This document shows, in pieces, positions 39,600 through 52,135 of a stretch of DNA of 64,000 bases. Both the position numbers and the translations under genes were made by a program. Location of the stretch: NCBI GenBank assembly GCA_028534125.1, contig CM052818.1, positions 17,982,001 to 18,046,000 of the forward strand. The letters run 5' to 3'. The notes under the pieces are model-generated. The model had not been told where the DNA came from, did no database searches, and saw only the letters and a program-made list of their open reading frames with translations. This DNA is from Lama glama (taxonomy: Eukaryota). Every line of letters starts with the position of its first letter. Position 1 is the stretch's first letter.

Positions 39600-41320
39600 G
39601 TCTACATTATTAGTAGCATTTATACACTAAATCTTATTAGGTAGTCCCATTGTTATAGTTACACTCATGTGGCAATTTTTAACCTGTCCTACGTAGAGTA
39701 CAGAAAAAAGCAGGTTAGAAATCGTATTACTGCTTTTAGGAGTCAAGTTTAGCATAAAAGTAAACAAATATACGGATAAAACCAAAGCAATGAAGTAAAA
39801 ATACTGACAGTATTTTATTCATGTAAATGGGAAATGTCAGTATGGACTCTTGATTATTTTATCTTGTTTTTAAAACTATGTATTTTCTAGCTTTGTCCAT
39901 GGAAAATGACTAGCATTAATGACAACTCATTGGCAATGAGTAACTTGGTACCGAGTTCCATGGAGGAATACCTGATTTCAGGCAGGTCTAGAGCTGGAAA
40001 TATACAGGATTAGGCTGAGATACCTTGTGCCAGAAAGCAAGAAAGTTTCCAGGAATGATGGCTTAACGCATAAGAGGAAAAGAGAGACAAATTCAAAGAC
40101 CCCCTTTGGTCAAAGGAATAACAATTTGAACACCAGCAATCTGGTGAGTACAGCTGATTAAAACACACTGGATATATAAAAATTTATGAGTTCAAAATGA
40201 TACTCAAGAAAGAGAAAGGGGAAAGAATGCCTCATTGGCTATCAATAAAAGTAACTAAGGCAGTAACTGAAAACTGGCCATTAAAGAGAAGGACACTATC
40301 CTGCCTTCTCTGTGTTAATATATTTCAAGATAATCAAATATCTCTAGCTGATGAAAAGAGTTATACTTTGCTGAAGAATCCCAGCGAGAAATGTGAAGGA
40401 TTGACAGAATAGGAAATCTTTGTTTTGCAATTCCTAATGAAATAAGTAATAGATTCAGGCAATGATCGATCATAAATTAATGAAAACAGCAGATGAAAAG
40501 TTGAGATACTTCATAATGGTAGGATTGGATTGCCAGGACCTGTATCCACTGATTAGTCTTAGCATCACTAAAGATGGAACAAGCAGTCACTGTGGTCCTG
40601 AAATGTGATGTTATGCGACACACAGCATTACCTATGAAGTGCTTTCGCAAAACAAAGAAACAAAATTTAAAAAAAAAAACAAACTACATCTAATCAAGAT
40701 TCACAGCTAACTTCATTAACAGGAGATAAACAGAAGTTATTTAAATGAAAATGACACTGGAAAAAAAATCCTGAAAAAACAGACCCAGGATGTGGAATAT
40801 TCTTTAGGACCACTAAGCCAGTTTTTGCAAAACCTCAATAGCCTGAGGGGAACGAAGGAGAGGTGGGTGAGCTACAGAAACAAAGCAAGAGACCCAAGAG
40901 ACATCAAGAACGGAAGCAGTGAGTGGAACTTGTTTAAATCCTGATTCCAACAAACCAACTACAATAAGGCATTTTTGAGATAATCATGGACATTTGATTA
41001 TAGACTGGATATTAAGTAACACTTCGTAAGAATTTATTTTGGGTGTTAATGACAGTTTGGTTCTGTAAGAAAATGTTTATATTTAAAACAACATGTACTG
41101 ACAGACGTAAAAGCAAAATGACCTGCCATCACTGACTTCCTTTAAGACCTTCAGCAGAGGAAAAGCATGTAAAAAAGAGGTAGATGAAGCAAGTATTACA
41201 AGATCTTGATAACTGTATGTGGGTGTTGGATATGTGAAGGGTCAGCATGCTCTCTTTAAAAAGGTTTACTAAAAACCTTTTATAATACATATTTTCAAAA
41301 GAGACATTCATTTTTGTGTG
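39600..41320 (+). mobile_element. L1MC/L1ME-type 3' UTR
   Basis: tagctttgtccatggaaaatgactagc...agcatcactaaagatggaacaa...aatcctgattccaacaaaccaact...ttgattatagactggatatta. Confidence 0.7.
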
Positions 41321-41484
41321 ATTTTTTTCTGTGCTTTCCAAATATTGAAGTTTCATATACAGTTTTATCTTGTACTATGTCTAAGCTTTAATGTTTAACA
41401 TTTAACTCCAATCCATTTGGGTTTTCTGTGTTTGTGTGTGTGGAAGAGTGTGAGTAATGCTACAAGAAAATCAAAATTTATCAA

Positions 41485-41760
41485 TTTGATTCAATTCAAC
41501 CAATATTTATTAAGCATCTAATCTTTGCCAGGTATTTGGGATACGAAGATGGATACGATACAGCCGAAATATCAGTTTATACCCAGTAGATAGAAGTGAA
41601 TGATTAAGTTCTGTCAGGAAGTAATGAGAAATCGCTTCATACAGAATTTATAATTTGAGCTGGGGCTTTAAGAATGAGTCAGAGCTTGTCAGGTCAGTGA
41701 AAAATTCCTCACAGAGGCAACACAAGGGTAAAGACAGATTTGTGGAACAAAACCTTAAGG
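41485..41760 (-). mobile_element. L2 fragment
   Basis: ttcaattcaaccaatatttattaagcatctaatctttgccagg...atttgagctggggctttaagaatgagt. Confidence 0.65.
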
Positions 41761-42231
41761 TTTGAGCCACTACAACTGACACTGCTGTAAGATAAACGCA
41801 AGAAAGAAGGGAGATGAAATCAAATAGTGGTGCAGGCCGCGGCCCTGCTTCTCACATTCAGAAGCTGGGCCGCACCTCCTAAGAAGGGAAGTAACTGGAA
41901 GAACTGAAAGAGGGGTTAATTATTCTTTACCAATGGGGGAGGCAGGGAGAAAAAGTACTAGTTGACTGGAATAACCTAGGCAAGAACTAACCTGGGCAAA
42001 TCAATGAGGGCAGTAAGAATAAAGACAATAGTATGAACATAACAAGTACATAACAACTGATTAGAGGAGAAAAGTGAGGCCATGATTTCACAACCACACT
42101 TCTGGGGTTATCCTTAGACCATATTCCCTGGAAGTTCCCTGGATTTGACTTCTGCTTGGAAGTTGATTCTTTATCATCATTTGCCGTCTAAAGGAGCGAG
42201 CAGTTTTCCATACCAGCAAGCATATACGAAC

Positions 42232-42675
42232 TGTGAAATAAAACTCGTATTTTATGGCAAGACAAGAAAACTTAAACATAAAAATTTTCTCTTCCATTTC
42301 TCTCCGCACTCCCTGCCCCCATACATTGTACATCTGCATCATGCATTGACCAAATCTTTCCCATTGGCAGAAGTACCTGTTTAAACACAAGAGTAACATT
42401 CTCATAGCATCAACAAAACAACTCCATAAAAGATGACATTTCTTTTGGATTTTGTATGGGGCCTCCATGATGCTCAGATCTGGATTGTGTAAACTGTCAA
42501 CAGTATGTTATTTAATATGCACTCTGTCTCAAAAAACTTACATGACCGCGCCTTGGCTTCTAACAGGCCACAGAGTTCTCAGAGCTTTCTGAGATGTTCT
42601 TCCAGGTTATAATCATCACATCTGGCTCAAATAAAAATTTCCATTTCTTTCTTAAACTGACTGATTTTATCCACA
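42232..42675 (+). mobile_element. ERV1-class solo LTR inserted in an old L1
   Basis: TGTGAA...CCACA termini; aataaa near 42630 with U5-like tail; flanks gaac/aaac are a near 4-bp TSD; L1 ORF2 text resumes on the right. Confidence 0.6.
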
Positions 42676-44320
42676 AAACTGACCACTGGAATAGAATACG
42701 AAGACTAAAAAGAGACCCACAAAAATTTAGTCACTTGTTTTGCAAAAAAAATTCCACTGCAATGCACTAGGGAGATTACATTTTTAGCAGTAACTGATGC
42801 TTGGTCAATTGGAGAGTCATAGATTTTAAGCAGGACACACACACATACACACACACACAAGCACCAACCATGTATAAAGGAAAAAACTGATAAACTAGGC
42901 CTCAATAAAACCTAAACCTATGATAATCAAAAACACAGTTAAGAGAGTGAAAAGGTAAGTACTAAGTGGCAAATATTTCTAACACAAGCAATAGAACTCC
43001 TTCAGGATATAGAATTATAAAGCAATGACAACAGACAACCAAATAAAAAAATGGCCAAGTTTTCAACAGTGAATTTCACATAAAAATATGAAGGATATAC
43101 AAATGTTCAAAAACCATAGGGAAAGGTGTTTTTGTAACTGCGCAGGACCCTATGGGGCCTTCCAGGGACAGAGCCTCTCCCCATATCCTCTGCTTCAGTT
43201 CCTCTGTGAAGCACCTCGGTAACAGTATCTGATGCAGGTTTCCTGAGCTCTTTTACAGATGCTAAAACCCCTGCCAAATGGAAGAAGTTAACAACTTGAT
43301 GACCATGAGCACAGAGCCCCCATACCAGCTGGAGCCTGAGGAGTGATAATGTTAACTCCGCCCTGTTACCCCACCGTCAACCAATTAGAGAATCGTGCAC
43401 CAGCTGATTACAACCCTGTGACTCCCCCCCTCACCTGTCGTTTAAAAACTCCTCCCTGAAACCCACTGGTGAGTTTCAGCTTTTTAAGCATAGGCTGCCA
43501 TCGACTCCTTGTCTGGTGCCTTACAATAAATGCGGCACTCTCCTTCACCACAACCCAGTGTCAGTAGATTGGTTTTACTGGGTGTGGGCGAGCAGACCCA
43601 AGTTTGGTTTGGTAACATTTTTAACACATTAATCCAAGTAAATACCATAGTAAGAAACCACTACACGAACACTAGAATGATAAATATTAAAACAGATAGA
43701 CACAAAAACAAATAAGCTGCTAGTATCAAGCATTGGCAAGGATTTTGAGAATCAGAATCCTTACAGTTGGATGAAGTGTAAATTCAAGCAATCATTTTTG
43801 GAAACCATTTAACATCCACTGAAACTTAAAACAGGCATGCCCTATGACCTAGGAATTTCATTCCAAAATGTTTACTTAAAAGATAAGCATGCATATGTTC
43901 ACAGAAAGAATGTTCACAGCAGCAATATTGAAGCCAAAATTTGGAAACAATGAAAATGAGCTGAACAGAATGGATAAATAAATTGTGACAATGGAGTATT
44001 ATACAGTAATGAGAGAAAATAAACACTGTCATGTAGCATGGATAAATCTCATGAATATAATTCGGAGTGAAAAGAAGCTAGAACAAAAGAATGCATTCTG
44101 CATGATTCTATTTATATAAACTATGGCAAGAGATGTCAAGATACTGATTACCCTTGTGGAGGCAGTGATTACAAGGGGGCACAACTGGGGCTTTTAGGAT
44201 ACTGGAAATGTTATGTTTCTTAATCTGTTAGTTATATGATCTGTTCACCTTGTATTTATCAGGATGTATACATCTATAGCTTGTACACTATTCTTTATGT
44301 ACATATAATTAAGTTTATAA
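42676..44320 (+). mobile_element. Old L1 (L1ME/MB-like) ORF2 end and 3' UTR, split by an LTR
   Basis: gaccactggaatagaat...ccctatgacctaggaatttcattcc...atggataaatctcatgaatataat...tgattacccttgtggagg. Confidence 0.8.
43133..43617 (+). mobile_element. ERV1-class solo LTR, 485 bp
   Basis: TGTAAC...GGTAACA termini, TSD tttt/tttt, CCAAT and TATA-like tttaaaa, polyA signal caataaa near 43525. Confidence 0.88.
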
Positions 44321-44946
44321 AATAATTGCAGACATTTTAGCTCAGAATCTTACCACACAAAATCAATGGATTATTTTAGATAAACTGAATCCACCCATGA
44401 AATGAGCCTCTTGTCTTGGATGAAGATACATTCATAATTACTAATGTAAGCATACTTGTCCATATATATATATACACACTGACTTGTAGACAATTTGTAA
44501 TAAATAGCATCCATCTTTTAAAGTCCATTTCAAATTTTTCTATGAAGCCTTCTCAGCTCTTTCAATTGCTTAAATCTGTCTTTTCCAAGCTCCCTTAGCA
44601 ATTAACAATTGTATCAATAACTGCAAACCTTAATATAGGCTGCCTTATCTTATTGCTTATTTTCACATAGGCTAGCCTGAGCTCCCAGACTACATATTCT
44701 TGAGCAAGGGAAAAACTTTCGCATGCAACACAATTATATACTTGGTATATACACCAAAAACACCAAATCAATGTGTAACGTATTTCAGACAATGTCACTG
44801 ACAGTGTGATTTACACAAACTACAAATGCTACCCAAGCACATAGACACAAACACACTCATAGGACACTCACATGAAAATCTACAAATCCATATGGTTGCC
44901 TCTCACTGTAGAAACCACAATTAAGTAGCTGCTTCCCCTTACTTAC

Positions 44947-45290
44947 CTGGTAGCCAGGGCAAGGACTCAAAATGCAGGCTTGGCTAATCAGAAGCGATGC
45001 AAAGAAGCAAGGACGGAGGAGAACAGTTTCCAGGACCGGCAGTGAGAATGTTTCCAGAGGCAATGGCGGGGTCACAGGGAAGACACCCACACCGGAACAC
45101 AGACAAACCTACTTTCTTCCCTTTTTCTGCACTACAGTCCATTAGTCTGTGCCCATAGCTGTGAGGGCTTAACAGAAACTAAGGCAGACGCCACACAAGC
45201 AAAACTGCAGATCCAGCCGCAGGCAGAAAACGCCAAAGTGGTAACCGGCAACCTTCCTGAACGCGCTTCTGCCTAACCACGAGGTCAGCG
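44947..45290 (-). other. Putative first exon (5' UTR or lncRNA) of a leftward transcript; 5' end approximate
   Basis: Lies directly beside the CpG-rich promoter-like segment and ends at consensus donor CAG|GTAAGT (GT at 44946-44945); no recognisable protein. Confidence 0.45.
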
Positions 45291-45435
45291 CCTGCGCAGA
45301 CGAAACACCCAAGGCCTTATAACCGGGCTGCGATTCCCCGCCGAAACCGGAACTCGCACGTGGCCAGGCACAATTAGTGCCGGTTCAAAGGGGCCCGGAG
45401 GACTGCGCATGCACCGGCTGTTTAACCACGCGCTG
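45190..45435. promoter_or_regulatory. Small CpG-island-like promoter
   Basis: About 23 CpGs in ~245 bp (hand count) against a CpG-poor background; RFX X-box GTAACCGGCAAC (45241-45252); NRF1-like GCGCCTGCGCA (45288-45298) and TGCGCATGCA (45404-45413); CACGTG (45357-45362). Confidence 0.75.
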
Positions 45436-48400
45436 CCACTTTCCCTAAATTCTGATGGCATATCCACCTGTTACCCCTTAACAGTTTCTTGCTTCCTATC
45501 CCTGGAGGAGGAATCTCTAGAGCACAAGCTATTCCTTTCTCATTCCTTGATCAACGAATTAATTTTCTGCTCTGCTTTGCTGAACCTGATCTCCTTCAAT
45601 TGGCGGGGAGCAGAGCTGAGCAAGCGAAATATCCAACTGAGGTCCATTCGGTCCAAGAGGGTCGGTAACAGTGTCAGTGAAGATAATTTTAGCTATGATT
45701 TGTGCCACTTAGTGCTTGAATACCAATCTTTTATTGCTCAACCATCCTAGGGAATCTGTGTCCCATCCAGTATCCTCAACATTCCTCTTCTAGAATCCTT
45801 TTTTTTTTTTTTGGTCATAAATAAAAACTAATACAGGTGTCTGTGTGTATGTATTATGTCTGCACTCTTACATATATACCCACACATCCAAAACACATTT
45901 CAAAAGCAAACATTTATGTATGTGTGTGTACACCATGTCAATGCCACATAGTTATGATTTTTAGCAACTAAAAAGTGGAGAATATAAATGGTTTTTATTT
46001 CCTTAGCCATCTGTACAAAGCAGTTCTTATTCTGCTGTTTTCTCAGTAGACCTCATTATTTTTTCTTTGCTTATTTGTTTTAATAAAATTGTGACTAGCT
46101 CATTGGAGAAACAGTCATTTTCAGAATGACTTTTTGCCATCCCAAGAATATATAAATATTCACCTATAATTTTTTAACAATTTAAAATTATTTTTTTAAG
46201 ATTTTATTCATTTCCCTCCATGTGGCATGGTGTGAGAAAAAAAAATGCCTATTTTTTTAAACTGATCAGCCAGTTGCTTGACACTAGTTATTGAATGATT
46301 TTTCTATTTCTAATTGATTTGAATTACCATCTTTATAAAGTATTAAATTTATATGGGAGACTTCCTTATGGATATTTTCCCTAATTTTATTAGTCTATAT
46401 GTTTATTCCTGTGCTAATTTGTCTCAACTTAATTATTGAAACATTATAATTTATTTCTGGTTGAGCGGATGGTATCTTATTTTGTTTGAAATAAACCCTT
46501 TTGTATCTATGATTTATATCCATTGCCTCATTGTAGTATTTTTTTAAATTCACTTTTCTTTTTAAATATCTTTGTAAGAGGTTTATCCTTGGTATTATTC
46601 TTCCTAAATAACCAGTTCTTAAATATATTCATCAGTTTTATAGCTTTTCTATCTGCTAATTCATGGTTTATTTTTATTTAAAAAATAAATATCTATTTCA
46701 ACCAATCTTATTTACTCTCAACTCTTTGGGGATGGTTCTTATTTGTTGGAGCCTCCAATATATTCTTTTCTGACTCTGTTCTTTAATTTATGCAGGGACA
46801 TTGGTAAAAGAACCAAAACTATACACCATCCCTTTCCTTCTCATTTCAGAAATTCTATTTGAATATGGAGAACAGGGTTGATATAGGTTAAACCTATGTG
46901 GGGCCTGTCATGATGCTGCATTCATTAAGAAATCTCCAGTTCAGAAGAAAGACAGAATTAAAGCATTCCTGGATTTCAAGAGAACCTCTCCATGACATGC
47001 TTATTATAGACTAAGATATACCTAAAAAATTCTTATTTTTTTTTTGTGATGTTGCTTTATGTCAACCTTATAGTTAATAAAACATCCAACTTTAATTTCC
47101 CTTATGTTTTCCAATGAGAAATGAAAGTGTTTGCTGGATACAATTTGTTATCACTCTATGCAAGAAATTAATTCTCAGAATGTATGTAATTGATTTGTAA
47201 TCACCAAAAAGTCATAAATCATTAAAAGAAATATAACCTAGTATACAAAGGTGTCAGATAACTACAATGTCATTAAGTCAGACAGACTTGTAGGTATTTA
47301 AAACACAAAGCTAACTGGTCAGTAACATCTGCATGGAAATGCTTTGAGAATAGTCAAAGAAGGCCCTTCAGCGATGCAAACATGGATAACAAGATGCTAA
47401 ATCTGAATTACAAAGCCTTTGCCTGAGTATCCTGATTTTGCATTGTTGAATGAAGTGTCCTCAATGTTTGCTTCTTCTTCATGGGATGTTAAACATTCAG
47501 AACAATTTATGAAGCCATAAACCTGCAAATTTCTTTTCCATCTTAAGCTAAATCAGGATAATCTTTATTTTTATTTGTCTAGTCCACAACACTAAAATCA
47601 GTTTATCATTGACTGAAGTGACCATAGTTATTCCCTCTGGGGTACCATTATAATGATCCTTTTTATTTTATATCCTACTTTACTGTTTTGCGAAAATCAA
47701 TATTTGAGGCTTCATTAAATTGACAACTAAATCTGAAATGCGTTTGCTATCCTTCAAAATGCAAATGACTATTTGGTGCTTTTACTTCTAAGATAAGTAA
47801 ATATGTCAGGGATATTATGAATGTATATGCTTATTTTGAAATTTTCTACTCAGCAGGTTCCTTTATACTTCTGTAGATAAGCCTTTAATATGAACATAAA
47901 TGAGAAAATATATTTCTTGATTTAGTGTGCTACCATTATTTTTGCAAAAAGTAAAAAACAAATAAAATTAGAAAACAGTCAATACTGATGATATATGAAT
48001 TATATTTCTTACAGAGTCATGCACATCACCTGAGTTGGTTCTCAGCTTCCCTGCCATCCATGTGAATTTGAACAAGGAATCTTAAGAATACAAGGTGACA
48101 ATTTGCCTTATTTGTCACCACACAGCTTGGTTCTGTCATTTTCCACATTAATAGGATTCTGTGACTGAGTGACCTTGTTAATACAGCAATATGTTTTCTG
48201 CCATATCATCAGTAACATTCTCTGCAGGAAAAACTAGCATTAAAAAAAAATCACGGTTGATTTCACTCCATTTTTTTTCTCTTACTTTAGCAAAAGCAAA
48301 CAATTTCCATTATAACCTAATGCAACAACCACCATAAAAGAAGAAAAAGTTACTTTGAGTGTGGAAAAATACAACAGGTTGGAATAGAGGGCTAAAATCT

Positions 48401-49424
48401 AGCTGTCTCACAGTACAATCGAATGGAGTTATCTGGATCTCTGGAAAAATGTTTAAAAAAAAAAGTGGTGATAAAATAGAAAAAATATATTCTACCAGGC
48501 AGGAAAAAATGGAAGAAAAATGGAATTAGGAGACCTCTAAAAGACCTCTACAGATTACTACAAAAGAACAATGAGTTGTATTAAGGTGGCTAAAAGTCAT
48601 TTTGTTTCCTCCTCAAATCTTTGAACCCATATGATCTTACATCCTTGTCTATTAATCCTACACTATCATGTCAGTCAATTCTGGCTTCACATTTTAGTAT
48701 TAAAGAGGTGGTCTCTTAACCAAACAGTGTACTAAAGCAGAAAAGAACACACTTCACCAAAGGGAGACCAAGAATCCCAGTAATTTGGCCTCATGAGCAA
48801 CTAGGAACATCTGCTCTTAAAGAGGTAAATAATCTTTACTGGGAATATGCAACATGTGTTTCACTTGCTAATCTCTCATCTTCCCATTCGAGATCAATCC
48901 TCACCATCAGGATCCTGTGTTCTCTGGAAATTATCTACAGATATATTTTCCTCTCACTACTGCTCCTTTTGGTAATTCATTACTTTTCAGGACCCTTATT
49001 CATTTCCCCATTCCAAAGGTTCTTTATCTTTACGAGCACCTTTAAATCAGCCTTATCTCCAATTCCCACTATCCTCATGCACCTCACCCTTCAGGCCATC
49101 CTTTCTTCACCACCCTGACTTTGTTGACCCTCATCTGGCTTTTCAGCTTAAGCTTCCACAGTTTCCTTTGTCCTAGGAACAATTGCTCCAAAACGCCAGA
49201 AGGGTGGGCAGAGATCAACTCACAGAAGCAGCTAAGCTTGAATGTAGTTGCCTCAAACAGAGGATGGACCAGATACCAGTTTGATAAAAGCTTTCACAAT
49301 TTGTTTCAGAAGACTTAGGCTTAATTTACTTTTGCTCCTTTGAGCTTGGCCTCTAGTGTTTCCTTACAATGACCGTGAGGCTAACTTAGACCGCTCCTAC
49401 TTTACAAGACCCCGAGACGCATGC

Positions 49425-50233
49425 TGTATGAGTTTTTTAGGGATGCCATAATGAATGCCACAAACTGGATGGTTTAAGAAATTTACTGCCTGACAGTTCT
49501 GGAAGCTAGAAGTCTGAAACTGAGGTGTTAGGAGAGTTGGTTCCTTTTAGGGACTGTGAGAGAAGGACATATTCCAGGCTCTTCTCCTTGGCTTGCAGAT
49601 GGCCTTCCAAGTCTCCCTGAGTCAGTTCACATCGTCTTCTTTCTATGTGTGTCTTTGTGTCTATTATGGGCTGAACTGTGTTCCCCCAGCCACCCATTGT
49701 TGACATTCTAACCCACAGTGTGACTGTATTTGGAGAACAGCCTCATAAGAAGGTAATTAAGGTTAAATGAGGTCATAAGGCTGAGGCCTTAATCTGATAG
49801 GACTGGTATCCTTATGAATAGAGGGAAAGAGAGCGAGCAAGCTCTTTTTCTCTGCAAGCACACAGAGAAAAAGCCGTGTGAGGACGTGGTAAGAAGGTGG
49901 CCATCTGCAAGCCAGCAAGGGAGGTCCCACCAAACACCTACCCTGATGGCACCTTGATCTTGAACTTCTAGACTACAGAATTGTGAGGAAATAAATGTCT
50001 GTTTAAGCAACTCGGTCTCTGGTATTTTATTACGGCAATCTAAGCTGACTAGTACAGTGTTCAAATTTTTATGAGGAAACCAGTTATACTAGATTAGGTC
50101 TCATTCCATTGAACTTGTTTGAACTGTAAAGACCCTATCACCAAATAATGTCACTTTCTGAGGGACCGAGGGTTAGGCTTCTGACGTATCTTTATTTAGG
50201 GGGGCGGGGAGAGGCACAATTCAACCTATAACA
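49425..50233 (-). mobile_element. MaLR LTR (MLT1B/C-like), split by a nested MLT1A
   Basis: tgtatgagtttt...cagttctggaagctagaagtctgaaa...taaagaccctatcaccaaataatgtcac...cacaattcaacctataaca. Confidence 0.85.
49662..50056 (+). mobile_element. MaLR LTR (MLT1A/MLT1A0-like), full length, nested
   Basis: tattatgggctgaactgtgttccc...gtaattaaggttaaatgaggtcataagg...aataaatgtctgtttaagc...gctgactagtaca; 5-bp TSD gtgtc/gtgtt. Confidence 0.88.
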
Positions 50234-50810
50234 GACACTGTCTGAAGCATACTTCTCACTCTTTAAGGAACCCTCCATGTGGAAAGTCTGGCTTTTTACA
50301 TTGTTATGTAAGACTGCTAAAAACATCCTTGCAATCATTGGCAGGATCATATGAAAAGACACTAGCAAAAGCCTAATGAGTAGAATTATTTGCAAAACTG
50401 TACTAGTGATACCAGTACACAACGTACTTTTTCTATTTTATGGAGAGTATCAACTTTTCCACAGCCAAGAGATAAACACCATTTTAACCCCCAATCTCGA
50501 AACTGATGAATAGGTATTAGTGGAATGAATGAGTCTATCTCCTGGGTAAAAGGAAAGCCCCTACTCTGAGCACAGAAGATAAACTCAAACCCAACCTCAC
50601 ACTGCCAGCGTTGCACCTGGTAATTCCTGCCAGGATAACCCTGGAGTTTCCTTCTCCACACAACCCCATGACAAAGGACTTTGGCTCTCATCCTTCCCAT
50701 TCAAAGAGTGCATCAATCCAACTCCTGCCCATTCTTTATGATATAGATAGTTTCTCTTATGCCACATTACGTGCACAATTTATCTCAAGTGTAGCAAGCT
50801 TGCATAGAAT

Positions 50811-51052
50811 GTGGATTTTCAATGGAAGCAATATCATCCCCAAGAGAGTAAACATGAGTGTGAAGTAAAAAAAAAACAAATAAAACAACTTACTCTTTTT
50901 ATGTGTAAATCACAGATGTACACATAGGACAAAAACAGATATACAGTGTATCTATGGTACTAAAATACCAGTGGTAGAAAAAAATGCCTACAAAGGCAAA
51001 AAAAAAAATTGCTTCAGGAGATGATAATGAAAAAAATGGTTAATAAACGCTG
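50811..51052. mobile_element. hAT-Charlie-type non-autonomous DNA transposon fossil
   Basis: Degenerate TIRs tgtggattttcaa ... ttaataaacgctg; internal acagatatacagtgtatctatggtactaaaat. Confidence 0.55.
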
Positions 51053-52059
51053 GCGTACAGAGTCGACATATCCCCTAGCCATGGCTCTTTTCAAACATCA
51101 ACCATCAAATTCCCGACCCCCAAACAACTACCCCCTCCCTCTATCCTCCCCCTTTATGTAGCCTGGGCCCTGCTCTGGTCCCTTTTTCCTCACTTATCTT
51201 ACTTTATTAAGGATAAACATTACAAAGGAATTCAACATGGTGTGACTTTAAATAGACGTGCCCTTAGTATATTTAAATATTTATTGACTACTCATATTTG
51301 CTAATAATTGATAACAGATGGCAGAATTAACTGGAAGGCAAGAGAGTCTGCAACTCTAGGACACACCTTCCATGGAAGATGAGTTGAAGAAGAAAATGAT
51401 GTAGTTCTATCAATACTAGGAAAAGTTAAAAACAACGTGTTTTCATAAAAAGATACTTCATATGACTTCTATATGTTAATTTCCTGAGCTCATATCATTT
51501 TACTTGGTTTACTATGTATTATCGTATATAGTAAAACAATATTATGAATATTATTTTAATTAATTCAATGATAGTTTTGATAAATCTGTGGAAAAGCAAA
51601 TCAATACAGACAGGGGAAGGTCACAGAATTAAGAATATGACAAAACCCCATAAATACCCTTCACCACCTCAGTTCATTCCTAAGAAGGAAGGGAAGTACA
51701 TCCAGTTCCAAGCAGGCAGTAACAGTGTTCACAGATTTCAGTAAAGGTGCCCAAAGTCAAGTAAGGCATGTACTTTATTTAACTGTGTTTATTTGTTTTT
51801 GTTTTTGTTTTTTTTCTGAAAAGAAACAAAGAATGGCTCAATGCTTTTACAACAATGTATTTTCTTAGGTTTTTTGGGGTTTTTTTTTTTTTTTGGTTTT
51901 TTTTTTTTGCTATTTTTGCCCCTGAAAGGAATTCAGTTTCTGATTTCTTACCAACAAGTGTTAAGAATCAACCCATTTAGTCTCAATCTTCATTAATCCT
52001 ACGAAGTGAGGACTGTGGCTTTTTAAAAGTCTAAATGGTTCATCATGAGCCACTCTCTG

Positions 52060-52135
52060 TGTCAGCTGTCACCTGGTCCAGGAATGAGCAGCAGGTGTGG
52101 CCGTTTAAAGCTCAGATGCTGTGGCAAGTGCATCC
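52060..52135. promoter_or_regulatory. E-box cluster, candidate bHLH enhancer
   Basis: Five CANNTG within 68 bp: CAGCTG 52063, CACCTG 52070, CAGGTG 52092, CAGATG 52113, CAAGTG 52125; GGAATG (TEAD) at 52081. Confidence 0.4.

Noticed and set aside
42088..42468. 126-aa minus-strand ORF
   Set aside because: Crosses an L1/LTR junction; no recognisable domain.
1..44946. L1 orientation bias as support for a minus-strand transcription unit
   Set aside because: L1 fragments occur on both strands here, so orientation is uninformative.
47380..48100. Exon-like stretches (minus-strand VYGFINCSECLTSHEEE..., and a plus-strand acceptor at ~48014)
   Set aside because: Frames close within a few dozen codons, splice sites are weak or unpaired, and no homology is recognisable.
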